A stretch of DNA of 64,000 nt, taken from an uncultured Prochlorococcus sp. Its GTDB lineage: Bacteria; Cyanobacteriota; Cyanobacteriia; PCC-6307; Cyanobiaceae. The stretch is from the NCBI GenBank assembly GCA_902521995.1, contig CABYTO010000003.1:44475-108474 (forward strand), written 5' to 3'. The notes under the pieces were generated by a model. It had not been told where the DNA came from, made no database searches, and worked only from the letters and a program-made list of their open reading frames with translations. The first letter of the stretch is position 1, and each line of letters opens with the position of its first letter. This document shows, one piece after another, positions 17,298 to 26,316 of this stretch. Position numbers and translations under genes: made by a program.

Positions 17298-19052
17298 TCA
17301 AACTTTCAACAATTTAGAAGTTGTTAATTTAAAAACTTTTTTATCTATAGTTTCTTGATTCAAAAGTATATCAACTAATTTATCTAGTAAGACTCTATTT
17401 TTTTTCAATATTTTTATTGAATTATTTAATGAAATTTTAGAAATATTTATGATTTCATTATCTATTTTAGAACTGGTATTTTCTGCTATGAGTGGCTTTC
17501 TTCTAAATAATCCATCTCCTAAGTACATTTCATTATTATCAGAATCCATTGAAATTGGACCAATAATTGAAAATCCATATTTTGTAACCATTTCTCTTAC
17601 GATATTTGTCGCATAAGAGATATCATTCATTGAGCATTGTGTAATTTCACCTTCACCAAAAACTATCGTTTCTGCTGCTCTTCCAGCTAGGGCAATTTCA
17701 ATTTTTGAGAATAATAATTTTTTTGAAATCAATCCACTAGAAATTACATCTTCGTCGGGGCATATTTTTGTATATCCTCCTAAAGATCCAGATCTAGGTA
17801 AAATGGTAATTTTATCAACTGATTCAATTCCATTTCTCACAGCAGATACAATTGCTCTACCTACTTCATTATAAGCAATAATTTTTTTCATATTAGGAGA
17901 AGTTATTAATGAACTTCTCAGGCCAATGGTAATTTTATCAAGAGCATTTTCAATATGAAGATCACTAATTAATTTAGATTCGTCTCTTGCACAGTGAATA
18001 GCACTCTCGTTCATTAAGTTTGCAAGATCTGCTCCCGAAAATCCAACTGTTCTAGAAGCCCAATATCCTAAGTCAACTTCGCTTGAAAGTGGTTTGGAAA
18101 GTGAGTGAACTGAAAGAATTTTTTTTCTTCCATCTAAATCTGGAAGCATTACTTCAATTTTCCTATCAAATCTACCTGGTCTTAATAATGCTGCATCCAA
18201 AATATCTGGTCTATTTGTTGCTGCTAAAACAATAATCCCAGAATTATCAGCAAAACCATCTAATTCAGTTAGAAGCTGATTAAGGGTTTGTTCTCTTTCA
18301 TCATTTCCACCTCCGATCCCAGACCCTCTTTGCCTACCAATGGAATCAATTTCATCAATGAAAATTATACAAGGAGATTTTTCCTTAGCCTTAGTGAACA
18401 GATCACGAACTCGACTTGCTCCAACACCAACAAAAAGCTCTACAAACTCTGATGCCGATATTGAGAGAAAAGGCACTCCTGATTCACCAGCAATTGCTTT
18501 AGCTAATAATGTTTTACCTGTTCCTGGTGGACCTATTAGAAGAACTCCCTTAGGAACTTTTGCTCCAAGATTTTCAAATTTCTTTGGTTCTTTCAAAAAT
18601 GTTATTACCTCTTTTAATTCCTCAGCGGCTTCAGGGACCCCAGCCACATCATCGAATCTCGTTTCTACATCGTCAATAGTTACAAATTTAGCTTGATTTT
18701 TGGTAAAACCAAAAGCCCTGGAAGCCAATTTTGATGTACTCCTCAAGATTAAAACTATAGCTAATATGAAAATCAGGAAAAGACTTATTGAAGCAAATGA
18801 ATTAGCAGCTGAGGCCTCTTTTCTACTATTGTTAATAGTTAGATCTACCTTATTTTCAGTAGCCTTTTCAAGGATTAATTGATCGTTGTAAAGGATAGGT
18901 ATTTTAAATTTATCGCCATTTTTATAAAGAACATCAATTTCTCTCTGCCTTGGATAGAAAAATATTGATTCTATTTTCCCCGTCTCTATATCTTCTAGAA
19001 GATCCGAATAACTTGATTTAGAATCTGAATATGAGAATTTTGATCTAAACAC
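17298..19052 (-). CDS. FtsH-family AAA+ protein with a degenerate protease site (FtsHi-like)
   Basis: Walker [14 protein letters not shown], Walker B IIFIDEID and [23 protein letters not shown] are intact. The M41 zinc motif reads [10 protein letters not shown] where HEAGH is expected. GTG start. Confidence 0.85.
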   Translation of the reverse strand: MFRSKFSYSDSKSSYSDLLEDIETGKIESIFFYPRQREIDVLYKNGDKFKIPILYNDQLILEKATENKVDLTINNSRKEASAANSFASISLFLIFILAIVLILRSTSKLASRAFGFTKNQAKFVTIDDVETRFDDVAGVPEAAEELKEVITFLKEPKKFENLGAKVPKGVLLIGPPGTGKTLLAKAIAGESGVPFLSISASEFVELFVGVGASRVRDLFTKAKEKSPCIIFIDEIDSIGRQRGSGIGGGNDEREQTLNQLLTELDGFADNSGIIVLAATNRPDILDAALLRPGRFDRKIEVMLPDLDGRKKILSVHSLSKPLSSEVDLGYWASRTVGFSGADLANLMNESAIHCARDESKLISDLHIENALDKITIGLRSSLITSPNMKKIIAYNEVGRAIVSAVRNGIESVDKITILPRSGSLGGYTKICPDEDVISSGLISKKLLFSKIEIALAGRAAETIVFGEGEITQCSMNDISYATNIVREMVTKYGFSIIGPISMDSDNNEMYLGDGLFRRKPLIAENTSSKIDNEIINISKISLNNSIKILKKNRVLLDKLVDILLNQETIDKKVFKLTTSKLLKV

Positions 19053-19183
19053 TAATCTTTATAAGTGATTAATAAAGCATATATGCTTATTTAAAAAATT
19101 GACGTATATAAACAAAATATACTCAAAAGTTTTGGAGATAACCAGTTAAAGGTTATATTATTATATGGAAATAAAGAAACAGA

Positions 19184-19354
19184 ATGGCTGTACCAAAGAA
19201 GAAAAAATCAAAGAGCAAAAGGAACCAAAGGCACGCTGTTTGGAAAGGAAAAGCAGCAATAGCAGCTCAAAAAGCTATATCTTTAGGTAAATCAGTTTTA
19301 ACTGGGAAAGCTCAAGGATTTGTTTATCCTATTGAAGAAGAAGAAGAAGAGTAG
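19184..19354 (+). CDS. rpmF: 50S ribosomal protein L32
   Basis: Hand-found [27 protein letters not shown]... (the L32 N-terminal signature) with a poly-Glu tail. Below the track cut-off. Confidence 0.85.
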   Translation: MAVPKKKKSKSKRNQRHAVWKGKAAIAAQKAISLGKSVLTGKAQGFVYPIEEEEEE

Positions 19355-19357
19355 CTT

Positions 19358-19684
19358 TTAAGATCCTAATTTAAATGCTTCAAGTATAACGGCATAAATT
19401 GCACCAATCCTTATTTTATCAACTACTGTCCATAGATAATAAAATTTTGAATTTGCGGCAGGTTTAATTCTTATGATGAATTCAATAAAAATAATAATTA
19501 TTGGGACCATTATCAACTCATTTTTACCTTCAGATATAAATTTTGTAATAAAATTTGCGAACAAAAAATAACCAGTCAAAACAGAAATTAGACCAATTGA
19601 TTTTGTTCTCCAAGTATCACTTAGAAAACCAAACAATAAATTATTTAACTGGTAGGTGATTCTTGAAAAATTAGTTTTTTGCAT
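19358..19684 (-). CDS. small membrane protein, possibly Ycf20/DUF565-like
   Basis: 108 aa with 3 hydrophobic segments. The family call is from memory only. Confidence 0.4.
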   Translation of the reverse strand: MQKTNFSRITYQLNNLLFGFLSDTWRTKSIGLISVLTGYFLFANFITKFISEGKNELIMVPIIIIFIEFIIRIKPAANSKFYYLWTVVDKIRIGAIYAVILEAFKLGS

Positions 19685-20435
19685 TACTCAGAGACACTAA
19701 ATAATCACTTAGAAAGTTATAGTCAACATATGATTTTTTTAGTTTAGGACCTTTAATTACTTTTGCCACATTATTCTGATCACCAAGACTGTCTAAAATA
19801 CAATTTAGTTTAATATTTTCTTCAAGAACAAGAGGAATATTTGAAGGAACAAAAATTGTTGGCAAGTTAGCTGCCAAGGAAGATTTCAATCCTGGATTGG
19901 AGTCTTCAAAAACAATTGAATTGTTTTTATTTATACCACTTAATTGGATTGCCTTTAAATATGGTAATGGATTTGGTTTCTTGAATTCAACGTCTTCGCT
20001 TGAAATAATGAACTCAAAAGGGTTGAAGCCATTAAAAAGATAATCAACAAGTAGATTGACTTGAATTCTTGAACTTGAAGTAACAATAAATTGTCTTACT
20101 TTTTTTCTATGTAATTCATTTATTAATCTAAAAACACCAGTTTTTAAACTTACGCAATTTTTTTTTATAATTTCTAAATAATGAAACTGCTTTGTTTCAT
20201 GAATTTTGAGAATTAAATCTTCTGAGAAATTATCATTATTAGATTTAGCGTAATAAGCAATCCTATTTTTGCCCCCGTTTATCTTTAGAAGTTTTATATA
20301 TGTATTAGTACCCCAATTCCAATCAATACCAAGGTCATTAAAAGCATTATTAAAAGCAGGTAAATGGGCCTCTAATTCAGTATTTGCGATGGTACCATCT
20401 AAATCCCAATAAACACCCTCCAGATAAGCCACCAA
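19671..20435 (-). CDS. HAD-superfamily hydrolase (CbbY-like)
   Basis: Motif I VYWDLDGTIANTE and motif III-IV KKPNPLPY...FEDSNPG. Confidence 0.75.
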   Translation of the reverse strand: MVAYLEGVYWDLDGTIANTELEAHLPAFNNAFNDLGIDWNWGTNTYIKLLKINGGKNRIAYYAKSNNDNFSEDLILKIHETKQFHYLEIIKKNCVSLKTGVFRLINELHRKKVRQFIVTSSSRIQVNLLVDYLFNGFNPFEFIISSEDVEFKKPNPLPYLKAIQLSGINKNNSIVFEDSNPGLKSSLAANLPTIFVPSNIPLVLEENIKLNCILDSLGDQNNVAKVIKGPKLKKSYVDYNFLSDYLVSLSNAKN

Positions 20436-20447
20436 TAAGAATTTCTT

Positions 20448-20525
20448 TTATTTACGGTAAAATACAAGAGCAATTATTGCTGGTCCTGCTAACGCAACTA
20501 CAGCCAAAGGAATAAGTGTTGCCAT
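20448..20525 (-). CDS. psb30: putative photosystem II Psb30/Ycf12-like mini-protein (25 aa)
   Basis: Hand-found ORF MATLIPLAVVALAGPAIIALVFYRK. A single TM helix with the AGPxII motif recalled from Ycf12. Assignment is from memory. Confidence 0.45.
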   Translation of the reverse strand: MATLIPLAVVALAGPAIIALVFYRK

Positions 20526-20607
20526 GATTAATGAATATGTTTTGTGATACTATTTTTACAAATAAATGACGAAACTGTACTGATACGTTACAAGATTGAA
20601 TTAAATT

Positions 20608-20955
20608 ATGGAATCATGGACATGTATAGAAAATTGTGGGGCTTGTTGTAAATTCGACTTGAACGAAAGAAGCGATTTGGCTGACAAACTTAACAAAGAA
20701 GATATAGCTTTAATAAATTCTATGACGACTAAAGACGGTTGGTGTAAAAATCTGGACAGGGAAAATAAAAAATGCTTAATTTATGAAACCAGACCACATT
20801 TTTGCCGGGTAAGTGGATTTTCAACTGCATTTAAAGGATATTTGAAATCTGGTGATAAATTTTTAATAGATTGCTGCAAACAACATATTTCATCAAATTA
20901 TGGATACCAAAGTAAAGAGATGAAAACTTTTAGAATTGCTGTTTCAGGGAAATGA
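20608..20955 (+). CDS. YkgJ/UPF0153-family Cys-rich (Fe-S/Zn) protein
   Basis: CIENCGACCKF at the N-terminus, then CKNL...KCLIYETRPHFCR. Confidence 0.65.
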   Translation: MESWTCIENCGACCKFDLNERSDLADKLNKEDIALINSMTTKDGWCKNLDRENKKCLIYETRPHFCRVSGFSTAFKGYLKSGDKFLIDCCKQHISSNYGYQSKEMKTFRIAVSGK

Positions 20956-21278
20956 ATAGTAAATTAGAAAAAAAAGAAAACAATCTAGAAAAAAGTTTTT
21001 TTTCTATATTTATAACCACTTTTACAACAATTTTTATTGCTGAACTTGGCGATAAAACTCAGATAGCCACATTAATGCTTTCTGCTGAATCGGGCAGGCC
21101 AATAGTTGTTTTTCTTGGAAGTTCTCTAGCATTAATAAGCTCTAGCATAGTAGGAGTTCTTATTGGTAAATGGGTATCAAAAAAAATATCTCCTAGCAAA
21201 TTTGCTTTATCTACTGGTACTTTAATGATATTGATAAGTATATTTTTAGCTTATGAAACATTCAAAAATTATTTATAA
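20952..21278 (+). CDS. UPF0016 (GDT1/TMEM165/Mnx-type) half-transporter
   Basis: One ELGDKTQ motif and 3 TM segments. It abuts the next gene. Confidence 0.8.
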   Translation: MNSKLEKKENNLEKSFFSIFITTFTTIFIAELGDKTQIATLMLSAESGRPIVVFLGSSLALISSSIVGVLIGKWVSKKISPSKFALSTGTLMILISIFLAYETFKNYL

Positions 21279-21590
21279 ATGGTTTTAAGTTTATTACTAT
21301 CAACATTTCTAACCGTTTTCATAGCTGAATTAGGTGACAAAACTCAACTAGCTACTTTAACTATAAGTGGCACTTCAAACAAACCATTAGCAGTTTTTCT
21401 AGGATCTTCTTCAGCACTTGTTTTTGCAAGTTTCCTAGGAGCTTTAACAGGTGGTTCTATTTCAAGTTTTTTACCTGAAGTAGTTCTCAAGTCAATAGCG
21501 TCCATGACATTTTTCATCATTGGTATAAGACTTTTTATCAACTCTTTCTCCATAGAAAAAGAAGAAAAAGAAGAGAAAGAAAATAATTAG
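21279..21590 (+). CDS. UPF0016 (GDT1/TMEM165/Mnx-type) half-transporter
   Basis: A second ELGDKTQ motif. The ATG directly follows the TAA of the previous gene. Confidence 0.8.
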   Translation: MVLSLLLSTFLTVFIAELGDKTQLATLTISGTSNKPLAVFLGSSSALVFASFLGALTGGSISSFLPEVVLKSIASMTFFIIGIRLFINSFSIEKEEKEEKENN

Positions 21591-21661
21591 TTTTAAGCTT
21601 GGATAATAAGGTGTAATAATGAAGTATATACACTAAATTAATTTATAATTCCATTTAGATC

Positions 21662-23884
21662 ATGTTCACATCATCTTCAATAATTGATAATCTTAATCAG
21701 TCAGAAGGGTTAGAATATAAAAAATTATGCAGATTATTAAAAATAACAAAGAAATCTGATAAGGATAAATTAGATATTGCTTTAACAGCTCTAGAAAAAC
21801 TTGAAATAATTAATAAAAATGAAAATGATGAATATACTTATATAAAGGATAAAGATCATCTTGTAGCCAAAATAAGATGTAGTAGCAAAGGCTATTGCTT
21901 TGCTGTAAGAGGAAAAGACAAAGAAGATATCTATATTAAAGAAAATCTACTTAACTATGCATGGAATGGAGATAAAGTTTTAGTAAGGATAATAAAAGAG
22001 GGATATAGAAGAAGATCACCTGAAGGAATAGTTGATTGTATTCTTGAAAGATCAAATCAAATACTTCTTTCTAAAGTAGAAATAATAAACAATGATGTAT
22101 ATGCAATTCCAATAGACGATAGGATCCTTTCTAAAATTAAACTTCCAAAAGAGAATGAAAAATACACTTTCAATCCAGACAATAAGAATATAGTAAAAGT
22201 TGAGATTGATAGATTCCCCATAGGACAAGAAGAGGGATTAGGTCATGTGATACAAGAACTAAAACTAAACAATAATGAAGACTTTGATACAGACTTTGTA
22301 TTATCTAAAAGCAATATCGTTAAATCATACGATTTGAATCATATTGAATCAAAAAAGATAGAACCAAGGGAGAGGATAGACCTTTCAGATAAAAACTCTT
22401 ATTTATTCAAAAGTTGGAATTCTAATAATTCTCCAATGCTCCCAATGATTCAGATAGAACAGGGAAAAAATAAAAATACTAAATTATGGATACATACAAA
22501 TAATCTTGCAGAAAGAGTAGATCTAAATAGTAAAAAATCTCTAGAAATATTATTCAAAGGCTTTGAATCATTACCCTTATTAAATGATTGGCAAAACTAC
22601 CTTGGTGAAGCCATAAGAAATGATTCTGAATTTAAATTTGGTGAAAAGAATGAAGCAATAAGCCTATGTATCAATTTAAATAGTGATAATGAAATCATTG
22701 ATTGGTCATTTCATCTTACTTTAGTAAAATGCACCCTAATTGTTGGAAGTGATCATACTGACGCCCTTCTATCAAGAAAAAGCAAATCAAGAATAACCTC
22801 GCGGGTATTAAAACCTATAAAGGAACATGTCGACGATTTAGATAAAATACTAGATATTTCACATTCATTCAGAGAAAACCATCTTTTGGACGGTAAGGTG
22901 GAAATTCCTACGCCACTGAATAAGATTGAAGCACTAGAAGAATTTTTTATTCACAATCCAGCTGAATATTCAAAAGGATATTTTGAATCATTAAATAAAG
23001 AAGATTGCCAAACTTACCTTTCACCAATACTATATGAAGCTAATTTAATATGGTTCAAACATTCAAATCAATATGGCTTAAAAAGTGCAGGATACATTTC
23101 AAATGGAATAGATTACGTTAATGCTAATGAAATTATCAAATATTCAGAATTTATTGATAATGATGTAGAGCTTAATGAAGATGGCAATTTGACATTTAAT
23201 CAAGTAATTAATACTTGTGACGACGATAATAAAAAAAGAATCTTACATAAACTTCTAATTAATGAATTTAAGGACAATGAAATAAGGTTGATATCTAAAG
23301 ACCCTGATAATGATGAATCAGAAAAATTATTTATTTCTCCATGGACAATTCCAGGATTTGACTTCACAAATCTTATAAATCAGTATTGTATTTTTAACAT
23401 GTTAATAAATGGTAAGAAATCAACGAAAAATAATATAAATGAAATTAATATATCTGAGAGTAATGCATTAGAATTAATAGATAGGGTTATATTTAATTCA
23501 TCAGTTTCAAAAAATCTAGAAATATTATTTAACAAATTTGTGATAGATAAACTTAATGAATTCAAGTACAAAGTTAATCAATATAAATCTAATATGATAA
23601 ATATAAAAAAAGTAAGAAAAGCAGAAAAATTACTAGGTAATATTTATAGTGGGTTTATTTTATCAGTGCAAACATATGGTTTCTTTGTTGAGATATCAGA
23701 ACTAAATGTAGAGGGTTTAGTACACGTAAGCACTCTTAATAATGATTGGTATGAATATAGGACAAGGCAAAATCTATTGATTGGAAGAAAATCTAAAAAA
23801 TCATACAAAGTTGGAGATGCAATAGAAGTAAAAATAATAAAAGTAGATATTCTTAAATATCAAATTGATTTAGAATTAACATAA
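21662..23884 (+). CDS. RNase II/R-like protein (Zam-like) with C-terminal S1 domain and degenerate RNB motifs
   Basis: The C-terminal S1 fold is GFILSVQTYGFFVEISELNVEGLVHVSTL...VGDAIEVKIIKVD. The N-terminal OB-like region is GYCFAVRGKDKEDIYIKENLLNYAWNGDKVLVRI. No DxxxxDDA and no SP(I/L)RRY are present. Confidence 0.65.
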   Translation: MFTSSSIIDNLNQSEGLEYKKLCRLLKITKKSDKDKLDIALTALEKLEIINKNENDEYTYIKDKDHLVAKIRCSSKGYCFAVRGKDKEDIYIKENLLNYAWNGDKVLVRIIKEGYRRRSPEGIVDCILERSNQILLSKVEIINNDVYAIPIDDRILSKIKLPKENEKYTFNPDNKNIVKVEIDRFPIGQEEGLGHVIQELKLNNNEDFDTDFVLSKSNIVKSYDLNHIESKKIEPRERIDLSDKNSYLFKSWNSNNSPMLPMIQIEQGKNKNTKLWIHTNNLAERVDLNSKKSLEILFKGFESLPLLNDWQNYLGEAIRNDSEFKFGEKNEAISLCINLNSDNEIIDWSFHLTLVKCTLIVGSDHTDALLSRKSKSRITSRVLKPIKEHVDDLDKILDISHSFRENHLLDGKVEIPTPLNKIEALEEFFIHNPAEYSKGYFESLNKEDCQTYLSPILYEANLIWFKHSNQYGLKSAGYISNGIDYVNANEIIKYSEFIDNDVELNEDGNLTFNQVINTCDDDNKKRILHKLLINEFKDNEIRLISKDPDNDESEKLFISPWTIPGFDFTNLINQYCIFNMLINGKKSTKNNINEINISESNALELIDRVIFNSSVSKNLEILFNKFVIDKLNEFKYKVNQYKSNMINIKKVRKAEKLLGNIYSGFILSVQTYGFFVEISELNVEGLVHVSTLNNDWYEYRTRQNLLIGRKSKKSYKVGDAIEVKIIKVDILKYQIDLELT

Positions 23885-23953
23885 AAATAAATTTTTCACA
23901 AAATATATTATGGAAATATCACCCAAAAAAATTTAAAATAACTTTTTACAAAT

Positions 23954-24406
23954 ATGTTTAAGAAAAAATATTTACTTTTAACTCTTTTAACTCTTTTTTT
24001 TATAATTATTTTCCAAATTTTATTATATACAAATAATAATCAGAAGACTTCATTTAAATACTTTAAATGGACCCTCCAGGAAGTAAGTATAGGTAAGTTA
24101 ATCAGTATTTCGTTTTTTTCTGGTTTATTTGTAAGCACTTTATTGAATACAACAATTAATAGTACTAGTTTCAGAAAAAAAACTTTCGAAAATCTGGAAG
24201 ATGATTTTGAATCTCATAATAATGAGGAAGACATTGCACCAAACGTTGAAATGCCTCCACAAAGGGATATTAGAGAAACTCAACCAACAATTTCTGTTAA
24301 TTACAGAGTAGTCAAAAATATGAATGATAATAATTTCATAAAAGATCAAAATTATTCAAATCCAGAAAATAAAGATGACTGGGATAATGCTGATAATGAC
24401 TGGTAG
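23954..24406 (+). CDS. hypothetical membrane protein
   Basis: Two TM helices, then an acidic tail. Track ORF. Confidence 0.4.
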   Translation: MFKKKYLLLTLLTLFFIIIFQILLYTNNNQKTSFKYFKWTLQEVSIGKLISISFFSGLFVSTLLNTTINSTSFRKKTFENLEDDFESHNNEEDIAPNVEMPPQRDIRETQPTISVNYRVVKNMNDNNFIKDQNYSNPENKDDWDNADNDW

Positions 24407-24465
24407 AAAAATAAATTAATTAAAAATTGTTTTTTTAATTTATAATGGGATAAATAGTTTTTTTT

Positions 24466-25032
24466 ATGGAAGAAAATCTAGACAAAAATAATGATGTTAA
24501 TAAGGAAATCTCTAGCAACACTACTAATTCAAAAACTGAGGAAATAAAAGGACCTAAATCAGAAGAAGTTATCAATATGGATACAAATAATGGTGATCCT
24601 GCCGCTAAAGTTATTTTAAAAAATGAAATTAATACTCCTGAAAAACCTATAACAAAACCAAAAAAAGAACTCCCAGTAGAGAAAAAGCCTTTCCAAGAAT
24701 TTATTAACATGCATCTAATTCCATCACTTACTGAGGAAATTAATCAAAAAGGATTAGAAATAAACAATATTAACCTCACTAACACAAATAGACCTATTGC
24801 TGGAGATAAATGTTGGGTAATAAATTGTGAAATTAAAGATACATGTAACTTTTGGTTATCCTTTGAAAAGGATGACATTAGTTCATTAAAAAGTATTTCA
24901 TTATCAAAACCTAATCAACAACCCAGTATTCTTGAATCCTTTCTTATTGACGAAAAAAGAATTACCCTAAAATTAATAATTTCAAGAGTACTTCAAAGAT
25001 TGAATGGGCAAAAGTTAATCGGAGTTAATTAG
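24466..25032 (+). CDS. conserved hypothetical protein (possibly DUF2996-like)
   Basis: 188 aa with a Lys/Glu-rich N-terminus and a structured C-terminal half. Preferred over the antisense ORF 24435..24710. Confidence 0.5.
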   Translation: MEENLDKNNDVNKEISSNTTNSKTEEIKGPKSEEVINMDTNNGDPAAKVILKNEINTPEKPITKPKKELPVEKKPFQEFINMHLIPSLTEEINQKGLEINNINLTNTNRPIAGDKCWVINCEIKDTCNFWLSFEKDDISSLKSISLSKPNQQPSILESFLIDEKRITLKLIISRVLQRLNGQKLIGVN

Positions 25033-25112
25033 AAAAACAATAACACCAAGTTAACTTTTCCCTCGAAAATACAAATAATAGTAAATAATAGTATTAATAA
25101 ACAGAATAAAAA

Positions 25113-26285
25113 ATGGCTCAATCAACTGTTGAATCAAAAAATAAAAAAGATATTAATAATGGAAAGATACCAGCAAAAGAAACAATTTTGTCCCCAAGAT
25201 TCTATACAACAGACTTTGAGGCTATGGAAAATATGGATTTATCAATAAACGAGGAGGAATTGGAAGCTATTTGTGAGGAATTTAGGAAAGATTACAATAG
25301 ACATCATTTTGTAAGAAATAGTGAATTTGAAGGCGCTGCAGAAAAATTAGATCCTGAGACAAGAGAACTTTTTGTTGATTTTCTAGAGGGAAGTTGTACA
25401 TCAGAATTTTCAGGTTTTTTACTTTATAAGGAACTTAGTAAGAGAATTAAAGTCAAAAACCCTCTACTTGCTGAATGTTTTGCTCATATGGCCAGAGATG
25501 AAGCAAGACATGCAGGCTTTTTAAATAAATCAATGAGTGACTTTGGACTTCAGTTAGATTTAGGTTTTTTAACAGCCAATAAAGATTACACTTATTTCCC
25601 TCCAAGAAGTATTTTTTACGCTACTTATTTATCCGAAAAAATAGGTTATTGGAGATACATAGCAATTTATAGGCATCTTGAAAAGAACCCTGATAGCAAA
25701 ATTTTTCCACTATTTAATTACTTTGAAAATTGGTGTCAAGATGAAAATAGACATGGGGATTTCTTTGACGCACTAATGAAAGCACAGCCACGTACTGTTA
25801 AATCTTTAAGCCAAAAAATCACCATTGGCGGCTCTACTTTTACACACCCATTATTTGACTACTTCCATAGGTTTAGATATTTTTTGAATAATCTTCCATT
25901 AACATCCAAATTATGGTCTAGGTTCTTTCTATTAGCTGTATTTGCAACTATGTATGCAAGGGATTTGGGAATTAAAAAAGATTTCTACAGCTCTTTAGGT
26001 TTAGATGCCAGAGATTACGACCAGTTTGTTATTAATAAGACAAATGAAACTGCAGCTAGAGTTTTCCCTGTAGTAATGGACGTTTATGATAAATCTTTTT
26101 ATGGAAGATTAGATAAAATAATAGAGAATAATAAGGTTCTTTCCGATATTGCAAAGAGTGATGTAAATAAAGTATCTAAAACTTTTAAAAAATTACCTAA
26201 ATATTTATCAAACGGTTACCAGTTATTAAGACTATACTTATTAAAACCTCTTGATAGCAAAGATTTCCAACCTTCGATTAGATAA
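25113..26285 (+). CDS. acsF: Mg-protoporphyrin IX monomethyl ester (oxidative) cyclase
   Basis: Di-iron carboxylate motifs [10 protein letters not shown] and [10 protein letters not shown], with the FYTTDF N-terminal signature. Confidence 0.95.
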   Translation: MAQSTVESKNKKDINNGKIPAKETILSPRFYTTDFEAMENMDLSINEEELEAICEEFRKDYNRHHFVRNSEFEGAAEKLDPETRELFVDFLEGSCTSEFSGFLLYKELSKRIKVKNPLLAECFAHMARDEARHAGFLNKSMSDFGLQLDLGFLTANKDYTYFPPRSIFYATYLSEKIGYWRYIAIYRHLEKNPDSKIFPLFNYFENWCQDENRHGDFFDALMKAQPRTVKSLSQKITIGGSTFTHPLFDYFHRFRYFLNNLPLTSKLWSRFFLLAVFATMYARDLGIKKDFYSSLGLDARDYDQFVINKTNETAARVFPVVMDVYDKSFYGRLDKIIENNKVLSDIAKSDVNKVSKTFKKLPKYLSNGYQLLRLYLLKPLDSKDFQPSIR

Positions 26286-26316
26286 TCTTTAATACAGAGA
26301 AGATTTATAGACTCAT

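Noticed and set aside
18340-18882. Track ORFs 18340..18696 (118 aa) and 18700..18882 (60 aa) on the plus strand.
   Set aside because: They are entirely antisense to the AAA+ core of the FtsH-like gene, whose Walker and SRH motifs leave no doubt about the coding strand. Their Ser/Thr/Pro-rich, low-complexity translations are typical of antisense frames.
24435-24710. 91-aa minus-strand ORF with a hydrophobic Ser/Phe-rich translation.
   Set aside because: It is the mirror image of the Lys/Glu-rich N-terminus of the plus-strand 188-aa ORF. The plus ORF continues into a structured C-terminal half and has sensible spacing.
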